Of a stretch of DNA of 64,000 nucleotides, positions 14,997-28,931 are shown piece after piece; the first letter of the stretch is position 1; every line of letters begins with the position of its first letter. The DNA is from Eledone cirrhosa (lineage: Eukaryota). The stretch lies in assembly GCA_964016885.1 (NCBI GenBank), contig OZ024761.1, forward strand, positions 9,052,001 to 9,116,000. The letters are read 5' to 3'. A program made the translations under genes and the position numbers. The notes beneath the pieces were generated by a model, which was given only the letters and a program-made list of their open reading frames with translations, made no database searches and had not been told where the DNA came from.

Positions 14997-15425
14997 GTAG
15001 GAGGTGAGTTTTATTGTAGTACAATAAAGCAATGCAGATATCGGATAAGAAGCACTCTACAGTTTGTGGGACTGGAGTATGCATAATATAAGATCAAAAG
15101 ATGGTTAAATGAGTTCCATATATTTTATTATGCGCATTTCAAAAACAAACATCATCAAGCAATAATATTTGTGTTTTCATCAGATAAAACAGGAGAACAT
15201 GATATGAAGGCTAAAAAACACTTGTGGATAGTGCAGTTTTAAATCAACATATCAACATATGTTGATTTAAAACTGCACTATCCACAAGTGTTTTTTAGCC
15301 TTCATATCATGTTCTCCTGTTTTATCTGATGAAAACACAAATATTATTGCTTGATGATGTTTGTTTTTGAAATGCGCATAATAAAATATATGGAACTCCT
15401 TTAACCATCTTTTGATCTTATATTA
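14995..15425 (-). mobile_element. Fold-back hammerhead element, family A, inserted in (TA)n
   Basis: Arms 15083-15252 and 15257-15425, unpaired tail 14995-15082. Empty paralogous site at 28571-28596. Confidence 0.9.
15320..15386 (+). ncRNA. Type I hammerhead ribozyme (mirror copy on minus at 15123-15189)
   Basis: ttttat-CTGATGA-aaacacaaatattatt/gatgatgtttgttttt-GAAA-tgcgca-TA-ataaaa. Stem I is 6 bp and stem III is palindromic. Confidence 0.85.
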
Positions 15426-15540
15426 TATATATATATATATATATATTCAAAAGACGAATTTCCAAGTTGAGATATCTTGATTCAAGAAATATACTATTGA
15501 ATATATATCTTTTCCTGAAGTGTGTATAAATTTTATAGAA

Positions 15541-15890
15541 GGAAATGTCGATGAAATGAGGTTGTAGAGATGCTTGAATATAAAGAAGTTGATATTTGCT
15601 GTGTTCAAGAGACTAGGTAGAAGGGTGGGCCAGCTAGATGGGCAAAAATGATGCTATAAACTTTTCTGGATGGGAAATGAGAACGTACTGGGTTGAATAG
15701 GAATTATGTTAGCAGAAAAATTCCTAGATAAGGTAATTGCCGTAAATAGAGTGAACGACAGAATAATTAAAATAAGACTAGTTCTAAATAGAACAACTGT
15801 GTCAATTATATCTGCTTGTGCACCCCAATCTGGTCCACCAGATGTCATAAAAGACAAGTTGTATGAGTCGCAAACGTTCACTACCTCCCA
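15541..15890 (+). pseudogene. RTE LINE APE endonuclease remnant (paralogue of 29411-29665)
   Basis: EVDICCVQETR and MLAEKFLDKVIAVNRVNDRIIKIRL...[10 protein letters not shown]; contains stops and frameshifts. Confidence 0.85.
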
Positions 15891-16208
15891 TATATTTATA
15901 TATACATATATATATATATATACATATATATAAACATATATATACATATATATATATACATATATATATATCTATACATATATATATGTATACATATATA
16001 TATACATATATATATACATGTATATACATATATATATATATACATATATATATACATATATATATACATATATATATACACATACATATACATATATATA
16101 TGGACAAATATATATATATACATACACACATATATATATTCATGTATATATATATATAGGGCAGACAACTCTTCATAGATTTTCATCAGGTATAATTGAT
16201 GAAATATA

Positions 16209-16252
<44 letters not shown>

Positions 16253-16261
16253 TATATTTAC

Positions 16262-16304
<43 letters not shown>

Positions 16305-16359
16305 TATATACATATATATATACATGTATATATACGTATATATATACATATATATATAC

Positions 16360-16399
<40 letters not shown>

Positions 16400-16578
16400 A
16401 CATATATATATATATATACATATATATATACATATATATACATACATATATGCATATATATGTACAAATATATATATATATATATATATATATTTGTGCA
16501 TATATGTGTATGTATATATATGTATATATATGTGTGTGTGTGTATATATCTATATATCTATATATATATATATGTGTG

Positions 16579-16641
<63 letters not shown>

Positions 16642-16642
<1 letters not shown>

Positions 16643-17182
16643 TATTATTAGGGTAAACATTGATGCAATTCAATTCAAGCACTCAACGTACTTTTTCCAC
16701 ATAGGAGTGACGGAGTAAATATCGAATAAGGAAAAGCGAAGTAGTTTCAGATGTTCAAGTCCTTTAATAATAATGCTGTGATATATATTTCAATGACGAC
16801 ACTGGCCACACTGTTCTGTGTGCGAGTGTCGTGACATCATCGGTTGCCTTCAACAGGTTATATTTCAGGCATTCACATTCTGATGATGTCACGACACTCG
16901 CACACAGAACAGTGTGACCAGTGTCGTCATTGAAATATATATCACAGCATTTTGGCAGTATCGGTAGAGGGTTGGACGCCATGCTTTCTAGCATAGTTAC
17001 GTCCCTTTACATTCTGAGTTCAAATCCCGCCGAGGTTAACTTTGCCTTTCATCCTTACGGGGTCGATAAAATAAAGTACCAGTAATGTACTGGGTAATTG
17101 CTGGCCTTGTGCCTAAAGTAGAAACAATTATTATTAAAGGACTTGAACATCTGAAACTACTTCGCTTTTACTTATTCGATAT
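16642..17182 (-). mobile_element. Fold-back hammerhead element, family B, with a SINE family 2 copy (about 16952-17130) inserted in one arm
   Basis: Arms 16719-16841 vs 16882-16951 plus 17130-17182. Core CTGATGA (16880)...acgacact/agtgtcgt...GAAA-tatata-TC; no clear stem I. Confidence 0.8.
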
Positions 17183-17314
17183 ATATATATATATATAGAT
17201 AGATATATACCCACACCTACATATATATATATATATATAGTCATATATATAGGGGAGACAACTCTTCATAGATTTTCATCAGGTATAATTGATGAAATAT
17301 ATGCATATATATAT

Positions 17315-17901
17315 GGGCTTATGCCCGAAACGTCGTCCCCCATCAACACCCCACTCTCCAGAGCGTGAAATTAATAAACATTTGTTGTACTGCCTCTCTG
17401 TTTTGTCCCTGTTCAAATTTTTCCATTATATATAATACACGCTCACACGGCTTCCATTCCTTGGAACATAACTTAACTACCGGCTCAACCCCGATCTAAT
17501 CCGCCGTGACCTTTCTCCGAAATTTAGACACCTTCCCACACTTGGTCTTTCCTTCCACGCATTACCTCTGTTTGATTTTGTTACTGTACTTGTTTTTTTT
17601 CCGTATAAGATTCTTTGCCTGTGTTCTTACAATTGTATTTCTATGATTTTTTGTTCACGGTTGCCTGTGTTTTTACCTTTATGATTTTTTGTCTTTAATT
17701 TTCCTGTGTTTACTCCCCCCTCCCTACGTTTTTCTGTTTCATTTTCCCTTCCCCGGCTAACTCTGTTCCCACACACTTCCCACCTGAGGAAGGGCTTATG
17801 CCCGAAACGTCGTCCCCCATCAACACCCCACTCTCCAGAGCGTGAAATTAATAAACATTTGTTGTACTGCCTCTCTGTTTTGTCCCTGTTCAAATTTTTC
17901 C

Positions 17902-17904
<3 letters not shown>
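17315..17904 (+). mobile_element. Partial-tandem, ORF-less PLE pseudo-LTR or retrozyme-like element (477-bp period)
   Basis: 17315-17427 repeats at 17792-17904; flanked by (TA)n; another 3' stub at 62776-62857. Confidence 0.85.
17782..17813 (+). ncRNA. Minimal type I hammerhead, Penelope-type
   Basis: ac-CTGAGGA-a-gggc-ttat-gccc-GAAA-cg-TC-gt. Confidence 0.75.
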
Positions 17905-17981
<77 letters not shown>

Positions 17982-18370
17982 GATGTATATATATACATAT
18001 ATATAGATATATATATATATACATATATATATATACATATATATATATACATATATGTATACATATATATATATACATATACATATATATATATACATAT
18101 ATACATATATATATATATAAATATATACATATATATACACATATATATATATACATATATATATACATATATATACATGTATATATATATACATATATAT
18201 ATATACATATATACATGTATATATATATACATATATATATATATACATGTATATATATATACATATATATATATACATGTATATATATATACATATATAT
18301 ATATATATACATATATGTATGTATATATATATACATATATATATATACATATATATATACATATATATAC

Positions 18371-18415
<45 letters not shown>

Positions 18416-18464
18416 TATATACACATATATATATATATATACACATATATATGCATATATATGT

Positions 18465-18523
<59 letters not shown>

Positions 18524-18570
18524 TATATATAGATATATAGATATGTATATATAGATGTATATATATATAT

Positions 18571-20317
18571 ACTCTTTTACCTGTTTCAGCCATCCGACTG
18601 AGTCCATGCTGGGGCACCGCCCTTGTTGCTACACATTTTATCTCCAGCCTGTATAGGTTGGCCACTGGTGTAAGAGGGAATTTGTTGCTGCTGCCCTTAG
18701 GTTTCCCTCGTGTCTTGCTGTGGGCTCATCCGGGATCCTGGATAACAAGGTGTCGAGATGTTTCTTAAAGACATCCACCTCCACGTCATGCAAGACTCTC
18801 AGATCCCTCGGCAGCCTGTTGAAGACTTGAGGGCCCTTGAATCCCAGGCTATTGCAATACCAGCTCCTTATTCTAGATGTGGAAGACGAGACCTTTGGCA
18901 CCACACAGTGACGTCCTGTTCGACGGTTGGTCCAGCACCCAATGCCAAAGTTTGGTGCTAGTCCCTCCAGGATTTTCGACATGTAGATCACTGCGTATCT
19001 CTCCCGTCTTCGCTCCAAGGAGTAGAGGTTCAGTTCCTTTAGCCTCTCCCAGTAGCTTGTCTCCCTCATCTTGGCTATCCTCTTGGTGTAGCTTCGCTGG
19101 ATTGCCTCAAGCTCCGTGGTTAGTTTGACACTATGGGGTGACCACAACTGGGAGCAGTAGTCCAGGCGGCTTAGGACAAAAGTCCTCCACAGTGTCAACA
19201 TGGTGTCTCGATCTCTTGTCCGGAAAGTCCTCAAGATCCAGCCAGCGAGTCGTCTGCACATTGTCGCCACTTTCATGATGTGTGAAGAAAAAGATGTATC
19301 ATCGCTCACATCTATGCCCAGGTCTCGTATCGATTTTGACACGGGGATATCGGTCCCTCCTGTTCCTGTGTAGCCGTGTTCCACTATATTTGTATTTGCA
19401 GATTTGTATTGTAGGGCTTGGAATTTGCCAGCATTAAACTGCATGTTGTTTTCTTCCGCCCATTTGTATATGGCATCCAGATCCTGCTGTAAAAGGGCAG
19501 CGTCAGCCGGGTTTTTGATTTCCTGTGCTATCTTAGTGTCATCAGCACAGCTAGTGAGGGATGTTGTTGCATGCACCACAGAGGGCATGTCCGAGAGAGC
19601 CACCAAAAACAGTAGTAGTCCCAGGACTGTCCCCTGGGGCACCCTATTTGTTATCGGTGTTTCCCTCGAGAGGGCCCCATTTGCTGCGACTGCCTGGCTT
19701 CTGTCCCTTAGGAAGCCATGCAGCCACTCACCTACTTTTCCAGTTATGCCGAGTCCGTGTAGTTTGTGACATATCATTCCGTGGTCGACCTTGTCAAAGG
19801 CCTTCGCAAAGTCAAGATATATCACGTCCACATGTGAGCTGTCTAGTAGTTGTCTCAGTACCCAGTCGTAGTGATGTAGCAGCTGTGTAAGGCAGCTTCT
19901 TCCTGGGCAGAAGCCATGTTGCGTGCTAGTCAGGCGGTCATTTTCCTCGAGGAAAGTGATTAGTTTCTTTCTGATGACTCGCTCCATGACCTTACTGATA
20001 TGCGACGTCAGGCCTATAGTTCTTGGCCTCCGCTCTACTACCTCCTTTATGGATAGGGCATATTGTGCCTTATTTCAGCTCCCTGGGTAGTACACCGCTA
20101 GCCAAGGAGCTTCTGAAGAGCATCTTCAGTGGAGTTGCTAAGGCCCGTTTACATATTTTTAAGAGAACTGCTTGGAATCCATCAGGTCCAGCAGCCGAGT
20201 CTGTTCTAATTTCATCAATGGCGTACACCACATCCTCCTCCGTTATGTCTATGTGGTTGATGGTTGCCATTTCTTGATGTAGTGTTGTGGCATCAAAGAA
20301 CTCCTCTGGCTTCGTTA
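18571..20317 (-). mobile_element. 5'-truncated CR1-clade LINE (RT ORF 18638-19987), degenerate, flanked by (TA)n
   Basis: AAGPDG, QHGF, YLDFAKAFDKVDH, VPQGTVLG, CADD (catalytic YADD altered), LQQDLD, LYSLERRRER. The 3' end taaaagag is also seen at 39847-39890. Confidence 0.93.
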
Positions 20318-20377
20318 AATATGTATATATATATATATATCTATATATATCTATATATGTATATATATATACATGTC

Positions 20378-20413
<36 letters not shown>

Positions 20414-20430
20414 CATATACATACATATAC

Positions 20431-20461
<31 letters not shown>

Positions 20462-20484
20462 AATATATATACATATATATATAC

Positions 20485-20515
<31 letters not shown>

Positions 20516-20610
20516 CATATATATATATACATATATATATACATATATATACATATATATATACATATATATATATTTATATACATATATATATATATAT
20601 ATATACATAT

Positions 20611-20799
20611 GTTTAATATAAGGAACTGTTTCATTGTTTTATTCATTATTTTTTTAATATTTTATCTTGACTCTGTATTCCGTTTATCTTTCACCGAAAG
20701 TGATTTTTCATTGCATCTCTTCTTTCCATGATATCCGGATTACATTGAGTTCTTCATACGGATTGGACACTACCGTAAACTCTTGGTAGATTTATCTAC
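20611..20799 (+). mobile_element. Solo 3' end of the Nematis-like PLE
   Basis: Close match to 51435-51613; (TA)n on both sides. Confidence 0.85.
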
Positions 20800-20868
20800 A
20801 TAGATATACATATATATAGGGGAGACAACTCTTCATAGATTTTCGTCCGGTATAATTGATGAGATATA

Positions 20869-20961
<93 letters not shown>

Positions 20962-20962
20962 T

Positions 20963-20994
<32 letters not shown>

Positions 20995-21113
20995 CATATA
21001 TATATATACACATATATATATACATATATATACATATATATAAACGTATATATATACATATATATATACATATATATATATATATACATATATATATACA
21101 TATATATATATAC

Positions 21114-21145
<32 letters not shown>

Positions 21146-21157
21146 GCATATATATGT

Positions 21158-21348
<191 letters not shown>

Positions 21349-21359
21349 TATATATACAC

Positions 21360-21390
<31 letters not shown>

Positions 21391-21397
21391 TATATAT

Positions 21398-21470
<73 letters not shown>

Positions 21471-21476
21471 TATATT

Positions 21477-21838
21477 TCTGTGAGAGCCCTGGTTTTCTGT
21501 TGGGCTCTGCTGATGAATGAAATCCAACCGTGACCATCTCCACTGAAAGTTTTCATGAAATAGTCTTTTAAGACTATACAGAGCATTTGATGTTATTCCA
21601 AATTGAAGGATAAGTGTTTCAAACTTTATTTTATCATGAGTTAAAGGTCTATGGATTTTTCCCCGGATTTCACTAAATTCTGTGGATGAATTTATATCCT
21701 GATTCTCTTTTGAGATGAGTTTGAGTTATTTTTCCTAAATCTTTCGTTAACTACTTTTCCCATCTTGACGTTATAGTCGCATATATGTTATAGAATGCCG
21801 TTAGCTTCTTGCTAAAACAATCTCTATACCTCTCATTT
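21477..21838 (+). mobile_element. Hammerhead element family K, truncated monomer
   Basis: Reverse complement of 61905-62266; related 3' stubs at 31323-31421 and 35093-35189. Confidence 0.85.
21504..21584 (+). ncRNA. Type I hammerhead with three full stems
   Basis: gctctg-CTGATGA-atgaaa...tttcat-GAAA-tagtct-ttta-agacta-TA-cagagc. Confidence 0.9.
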
Positions 21839-21915
21839 ATATATAGAAATATATATATATATATAGGGGAGACAACTCTTCATAGATTTTCATCAGTTAT
21901 AATTGATGAAATATA

Positions 21916-21985
<70 letters not shown>

Positions 21986-21993
21986 GAGAGAGA

Positions 21994-22051
<58 letters not shown>

Positions 22052-22059
22052 GAGAGAGA

Positions 22060-22106
<47 letters not shown>

Positions 22107-22109
<3 letters not shown>

Positions 22110-22471
22110 GAGGTTATATGTAATTTGTTGGGATTCAACAACCTTAAACATTTTTATAACTGATATAAAGCACTCAACAGTTTAGTGCAGTAAATATACA
22201 ATATTAATAAATGGAAACTATATTTATAAAACCATAATTATTTTATATATTTCATCAGATAAAATACAGATTTTTTATTTTATTCGCTCAGCCAGCGAAT
22301 TTCAACCTTTGAGGTTGTCTTTTTTCCGGATATGTCAATATTTATTCATAAAAGAAATCTGTATTTTATCTGATGAAAGCGTACCATAATTTACCTTGGT
22401 CGCCCTTGAAATATATATAACAAAATAATTATGGTTTTATAAATATAGTTGCCATTTAGTATATTGTATAT
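22107..22471 (-). mobile_element. Fold-back hammerhead element; hammerhead on + at 22362-22427
   Basis: Arms about 22194-22275 and 22355-22471, tail 22107-22193. tattttat-CTGATGA...GAAA-tatata-TA-acaaaata; the other arm has lost stem II. Confidence 0.75.
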
Positions 22472-22799
22472 ATATGCATATATTCCATCAATTATTCCTG
22501 ATGAAAATCTATGAAGAGTTCTCTCCCTTAATGTTTGTGGATATGTATATATATATATATATATACATACACACACTCACATCAACGGGAGACAACTCTT
22601 CATAGACTTTCTTCAGGAATAATTGATGGATTACATGCATATATATATATATATATATTTCGTTTCTGAATTTGTTTAGCAAGATTCTTTATCTGAAAAC
22701 GTGTATTGAAACCGATATTGTTATACTTTTGGGAGGTCATTTTTGCCACGAAGTAACACACGCACCAGTTGTTTTCACTCCAATTTATTATAAATTAAA

Positions 22800-23515
22800 T
22801 ATATAAATTAAATTTATAAATTTCCTGTTGGTTGGTTCCACAATCGGACGGTTGTTCATATATTGTCAAAGTTCTTTCGTCACACATTCTGTGACCTCTT
22901 CAGTGACTGAGGATTCTTTTCTTTGTTTTGTGCTTCTCTTTTGTTCTGTCCTACGCCATCTTGTTTTTTGTGTGTGTTGTATGCTTAGTTTGCGCATGTG
23001 TTACATCCGGGTGTCCGTGTGTGTTTTTATTTGTTTATTTACATGTTACTGATTGTTTGTTTGTTCTATGTGTGTGTGTGTTTTCATGTTGTCCTTAATT
23101 GTAAGTTGTGATGTTGCTATTCCATTCATGCTTTCTATTTAATTTTGGTTGGAGTTCATTTATGTTTATTGCCTCTGTGATTTGTCTAAACATTGCGTCT
23201 TTTCTGTGTGTAGATTCTATTTTTATTTCTATGTTCTCTAATTTGCCCTTATGTTCTATTTTAGCATGTTGGTGGAGTATTGATGATTCTTTTTTATCTT
23301 GAAGCTCTCGCCAGTGTTCATTTAACGGTTCTCCTATACTACCAGCTGTCTCACCTATGTACACTATATTATTATCTTTACATTGTCCTTCCGTACATCT
23401 TATGCTATATACTACATTTCTAATTTTACAGTTAATATGGGGGCTTAGTTTACAGATTATGCATTTCTTATCTATACAGGGAGGTCTTTGAAAAGGGTAT
23501 GTTTTACCCTTTAAA
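22800..23515 (-). mobile_element. 5'-truncated Penelope-like element: Cys linker, GIY-YIG endonuclease and 3' UTR
   Basis: CIIC...CKIRNVVYSIRC...C...VYIGET...EH...LHQH...H...RQITEA...LNRKHEW. Short inverted duplication at the truncation (23463-23570). Confidence 0.88.
22865..22907 (-). ncRNA. Type I hammerhead in the PLE 3' UTR
   Basis: gtca-CTGAAGA-g-gtcac-agaatgt-gtgac-GAAA-gaac-TT-tgac. Confidence 0.8.
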
Positions 23516-23574
23516 GGGTATGTATATAATACATACCCTTTTCAAAGACCTCCCGGTATAGATAAGAAATGAGT

Positions 23575-25990
23575 CAGAGTGTCAGAGTGTCAGGTCTTAC
23601 CTCTCCCAAATTGATAGTCCCATCAGGGTGACAAGTCTTACATCTAAATTGATAGTCCCGCGACAATGTCAGGTCTTACCTCTCCCAAATTGATAGTCCC
23701 ACCAGAGTGACAAGTCTTACATCTAAATTGATAGTCCCGCGACAATGTCAGGTCTTACCTCTCCCAAATTGATAGTCCCACCAGAGTGACAAGTCTTACA
23801 TCTAAATTGATAGTCCCGCGACAATGTCAGGTCTTACCTCTCCCAAATTGATAGTCCCACCAGAGTGACAAGTCTTACATCTAAATTGATAGTCCCGCGA
23901 CAATGTCAGGTCTTACCTCTCCTAAACTGATAGTCCAATCAGAACGTCAGGTCTAACCTCTCCCAAATTGATAGTCCTATCAGAACGTCAGGTCTTACCT
24001 CTCCCAAACTGATAGTCATATCAGAATGTCAGGTCTTAGCTCTCCCAAATAGAAAGTCCCCCCTGAATGTCAGGTCTGACCCCTGACAGGATACAACCGG
24101 TTTGAACAGAAAGAGCTGAGAGAACTCTGAAGTATGTATATAGTCTCAGAGAGAAGGTTTATACAACATTTATATATAAATGTAACTTTATTCTTCCACT
24201 ATAAACAAAATTGTAAAATGTATATAGTGTTGGGAAGGCTTGGTTATGATGAAGCTACCATGCTTCGTTAGATACTAAAATGTAGTCGTATGGTTTAGTT
24301 TCTCTGCCAGTATAGCTTGTAAAATGTATATAAGGAAGAATGTAGTTCCATGTGTCCATATGTCCCTAAAATTCTTCCTGTACATGAAAGATAGTAAAAC
24401 GTTTATTGGCAATGTTTAAATTGAATTTACGGCTTTAGATAAGTCTAAGGGATTTATATTCTGAGAGGAAAGAATACATTTAGAAGGGTGTTTGTATATA
24501 TTTACAAATGTAGCTTTGTGTGTATTTATGTTTGAAAAAAGTGTCTTCTCGTACATAGAAAAAACGTCTTACCTCTCTCAAATTGATTGTTCCATCAGAG
24601 TGTCAGGTCTTACCTCTCCCCAATTGATAGTCCCATCAGAATGCCAGGTCTTACCTCTCCAAAGCTGATAGTCCTATTAGAACGTCAGGTCTTACCTCTG
24701 TCAAATTGATAGTCCCACCAGAATGTCGGCTCTTTACCTCTCCCAAATTGATAGTCCTGTGAGAACGTCATGTCTTACCTCTCCCAAATTGAAAGACCCA
24801 CCAGAACATCAGGTCTTACCTCTCCCAAATTGAAAGACCCACCAGAATATCAGGTCTTACCTCTCTCAAATTGATTGTTCCATCAGAGTGTCAGGTCTTA
24901 CCTCTCCCAAACTGATAGTCCCACCAGAATGTTGGCTCTTTACCTCTCCCAAATTTATAGTCCTATGAGAACGTCACGTCTTACCCCTCCCAAATTGATA
25001 GTCGTGTGAGAACGTCAGGTCTTACCCCTCCCAACTGATAGTCCTATGAGAACATCAGGTCTTACCTCTCCCAAATCGATAGTCCTATGAGAACGTCACG
25101 TCTTACCCCCCCCCCCCCCCCCAAAAAAAAAATTGATAGTCGTGTGAGAACGTCAGGTCTTACCCCTCCCAACTGATAGTCCTATCAGAACGTCAGGTCT
25201 TACCCCTCCCAAATTGATAGTCCTATCAGAATGTCAGGTCTTACCTCTCCCAAATAGAAAGTCCCTCCTGAATGTCAGGTCTTACCTCTGACCGGATACA
25301 ACCAGTTTGAACAGAAGAGCTCAGAGATTTCTGAAGAATGTATATAGTCTCAGAGAGAAGGTTTATACAACATTTACCTATAAATGTAACTTTATTCTTC
25401 CACTATAAACAAAATTGTAAAATGTATATAGTGTTGGGAAGGCTTGGTTATGATGAAGCTACCATGCTTCGTTAGATAATAAAATGTAGCCGTATGGTTT
25501 AGTTTCTCTGCCTGTATAGCTTGTAAAATGTATATAAGGAAGAATGTATCTCCATGTGTACGTATGTCCCTAAAATTCTTCCTGTACATGAAAGATAGTA
25601 AAACGTTTATTGGCAATGTTTAAATTGAATTTACGGCTTTAGATAAGTCTAAGGGATTTATATTCTGAGAGGAAAGAATACATATAGAAGGGTGTTTGTA
25701 TATATTTACAAATGTAGCTTTGTGTGTATTTATGTTTCCAAAAAGTGTCTTCTCGTACATAGAAAAAACGTCTTCCCTCTATGAAAGTGATAGTCCCATC
25801 AGAGTGTCAGGTCTTACCTCTCCCAAACTGATAGTCCCACCAGAATGTCAGGTCTTACCTCTCCCAAACTGATAGTCCTACCAGAACATCAGGTCTTATC
25901 TCTCCCAAATTGATAGTCCTATGAGAACGTCAGGTCTTACCTGTCCCAAATTGAAAGTCTGACCAGAATGTCAGGTCTTACCTCTCCTAA
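23575..25990 (-). repeat. 41-bp minisatellite arrays alternating with a module of about 490 bp (about 1.2-kb tandem duplication); includes a 79-bp higher-order unit at 23590-23920
   Basis: Modules 24085-24570 and 25290-25775 are near-identical. Partial inverted copy at 6640-6927 and a diverged copy at 12320-12930. Confidence 0.9.
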
Positions 25991-26294
25991 GTTGCAGCTT
26001 ATGGTGTCTATTATCATATCATTTTATAATCATAACAATTAATATTTTTCCATTTTATGGAAAAAAAAAAACAAAAACAAAAAAAAACATCATGTTTGTG
26101 TGTTTAGAAAGCAGAGCAGAATTTGAAAATTGAATTAGAAGATTTTGACTAAATAAAATAGTTTAACAACAGGTTGGATAAGCCCACTGGATGGGGAAAA
26201 GATGGATATCGGTGTATATGAACTGAGACCCATCTTTTATTTAGTAAAAAATACACCAACTTCTAATTCGATTTACAAATAATTTTACTTTCAG

Positions 26295-26732
26295 ATGATG
26301 GAAGAAGCAGAACATTTGGCATCCATGACCACATCACTGTTTCAAACAAGAGGCCGCTATCAACAGCTAACTCAAACACCAACAAACTATCAGATTCCCA
26401 CCGCTGCCAGTGGGGGAAGATGTCATAAGAAGGACTCCTCGAGAGAACGGAAATCACTGCAACATCAACCTGGATTGTTGAACTCCAAGTCATACCCGGA
26501 GAAGAAGTCTTCAAGCTCATTTCTGCGTCGTGTTACCAATGCTGTAGCAACTTGTTCTGTTGTCACACCATCAACCCCTCACTCTTCGAGAGCGACGACG
26601 AGCAGCACACTGTCGACTAGTGAGCTGTTGGACAACACTTACTCTCTCATCACTGACTTGGATCGATTGAAGGCAAAATACGAGAACAAAGAACTGGTAC
26701 GACAACAGCAGCTTCAAAGTATGACTCCATAA
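26295..26732 (+). CDS. Candidate terminal exon, 145 aa, Ser/Thr-rich with a helical-looking C-terminus; unknown product
   Basis: Strong acceptor aattttactttcag| immediately upstream; non-repetitive, GC-elevated, stop-free frame. Confidence 0.45.
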   Translation: MMEEAEHLASMTTSLFQTRGRYQQLTQTPTNYQIPTAASGGRCHKKDSSRERKSLQHQPGLLNSKSYPEKKSSSSFLRRVTNAVATCSVVTPSTPHSSRATTSSTLSTSELLDNTYSLITDLDRLKAKYENKELVRQQQLQSMTP

Positions 26733-27204
26733 TTACCTTGATCAACCTTCACACCTCCATAATTACCTGAAAATATCACGTCAACACATTCCATAATCAC
26801 CTGAAAAGCAGCCCCTTCACCTCTATGATCACCTCAATCAATTGCCACACATCCAATAATAACCTGAAAATCATGTCAACCAACTGTGACACATTCCATA
26901 AACACCTGAAAATCAGACCCTTCACCTCCATAATCACACCTTTCCAACCATGAAGTAAAAAATTCTGTTTCCATTTCGATTGTTTTGTTATTTCAGTTGA
27001 CGTCAGCAAAGATGTATATAACCCTTTATCATGTACATTACTCTATATATACTATTATATTTTCATGGTAAAGGCTTTATCTCACATTACTTTCTATATA
27101 TACTATTATATTTTCACGGTAAAGGCTTTACCTCACATAGTACCGAATCTATGAAATCTGATAACTTAACATCAGTATGAGTGGCCGGTATAGTCAGTTT
27201 CAAT

Positions 27205-28322
27205 ATTTCTTTGTTGCTTGATTGTTATTTCTTCTGCGTATATATACAGAGTATCTACACATACAGCTACATTTATATAATTTCTTCACTAGACACAGGC
27301 ATATAATTATATACCTCTGCTAAGAAACTACATCCTTTCCACTCAAACTCGATTGAAAGAAACAAAACTACTAATTAGTATCGATTTTGGTAATCTTAAG
27401 ACCATGATTCTAATCATTGATATATATATATATATATATATTGATTAAAACTAAACTTAGTATATATATATAAAGTTAAGTTAAAATCTGTTCTAAGCTT
27501 CTCACCAGTTTCCTTGGGGCTAAATGTCTGAGAGTACAAGACTTTCCCTGATCTATTGCAGGATTCACTTCTCAGCTGAGTGTACTGTAGCAATGTGAAA
27601 TGTTTTAAAGACTTACATGCAGAACTTCCAAGCTGTGAGAGTTACATGTATGTATGGACCCGTAACTCGTGAGGGAGGTATAGAGGCAACTCATTGACAA
27701 AGGGCAGTTTTTAAAACCTGGCAGAATCCATCTCCTCTTCAGGAGATTTGTTCCAGAGAAGCATAGAGGAAGAATCGACCTCGCATGGATGAAAGGCAAA
27801 GTTGGCCTTGGTGGGATTTGAATTCAGAAAGCTTAAATGAAGGCATTCTATCTGTTACATTGATATCTACATACTTTCTTTCTCTAATAAACAAAACTAA
27901 ATCTTCTCTAGACACACACACATAAAGCTACATTTATATAAACGTAGAAATGAAGGTCGGCCAATAAGTTTATAGGCTGACTATGAAGGAGTGATACTAG
28001 AACTGTGAAATCTTGCATGCATTAATTTCAACACTCCTCATTAATAACTGCATCGTTTCTTTCCATTTGGTCAGCTGGTCCTCCTACATATATAAAGCTA
28101 AACTTACTTCTGATTTTCTTTTTTACTAAGAAACCGAACTAAACCTTCTCCACACAGGAAAATACTACTGCCATCTTCGAAGAAATGTAAATAAACTGTT
28201 TTATCTAGAGTCGAAAACGTGAAATAAAAGAATAAATTAAATAAACCAAACTTTTGCTTTTTCATTTCTTCTAAGTAACAAGACAGTTAATTCCAATAAT
28301 TATATATATTATTTGTGTGTAT
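27205..28322 (-). repeat. Inverted duplicate of 8347-9464
   Basis: Direct comparison. Confidence 0.95.
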
Positions 28323-28570
28323 ATTAAAAATGTCAACAATCTCCAGGAAAAGAAAGAAAATGTATAAATATCTCTCTTTATATATATATTGTATTCAATA
28401 AAAGATGTTTTGGTAAACAAACAGAGAAAGCTCTCTACATTCGTTAACGTGTAGTTATGATGGAGATTCAGTATAAGAATAACATTAAGAGAGATGCTGA
28501 ATTACCATCGAAATAATTATAAGGAAATAAACGATTTATGTAATCTTAGCATCTTTCTTAATGTCAGTCT

Positions 28571-28601
<31 letters not shown>

Positions 28602-28931
28602 CGAATTTCCATGTTGAGATATCTTGATTCAAGAAATATACTATTGAATATATATCTTTTCCTGAAGTGTGTATAAATTTTATAGGTGGATTCTATATAT
28701 AGAAGCTGAAGAGTAACATTTTAGCAATTAATATACCTTATTAGACATTTGAGCAAGTGGCCTTGGAGTGGAAGCACTGCAGATCAGTGTGTCATAATAG
28801 GATCAGGAACTTCGAGTCTGGTTGTATCCATGGGCTACAAGAGGGAGGAGAAAAACATTATCAAACATTGTCCAGTAATCCTCACCCTTGGCAGGACTAA
28901 AATGTTGTACTCGACATAAACATTCATATAA

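Noticed and set aside
22490-22530. CTGATGA in the 55-bp micro-element as a hammerhead
   Set aside because: No stem II followed by GAAA and no stem I pairing.
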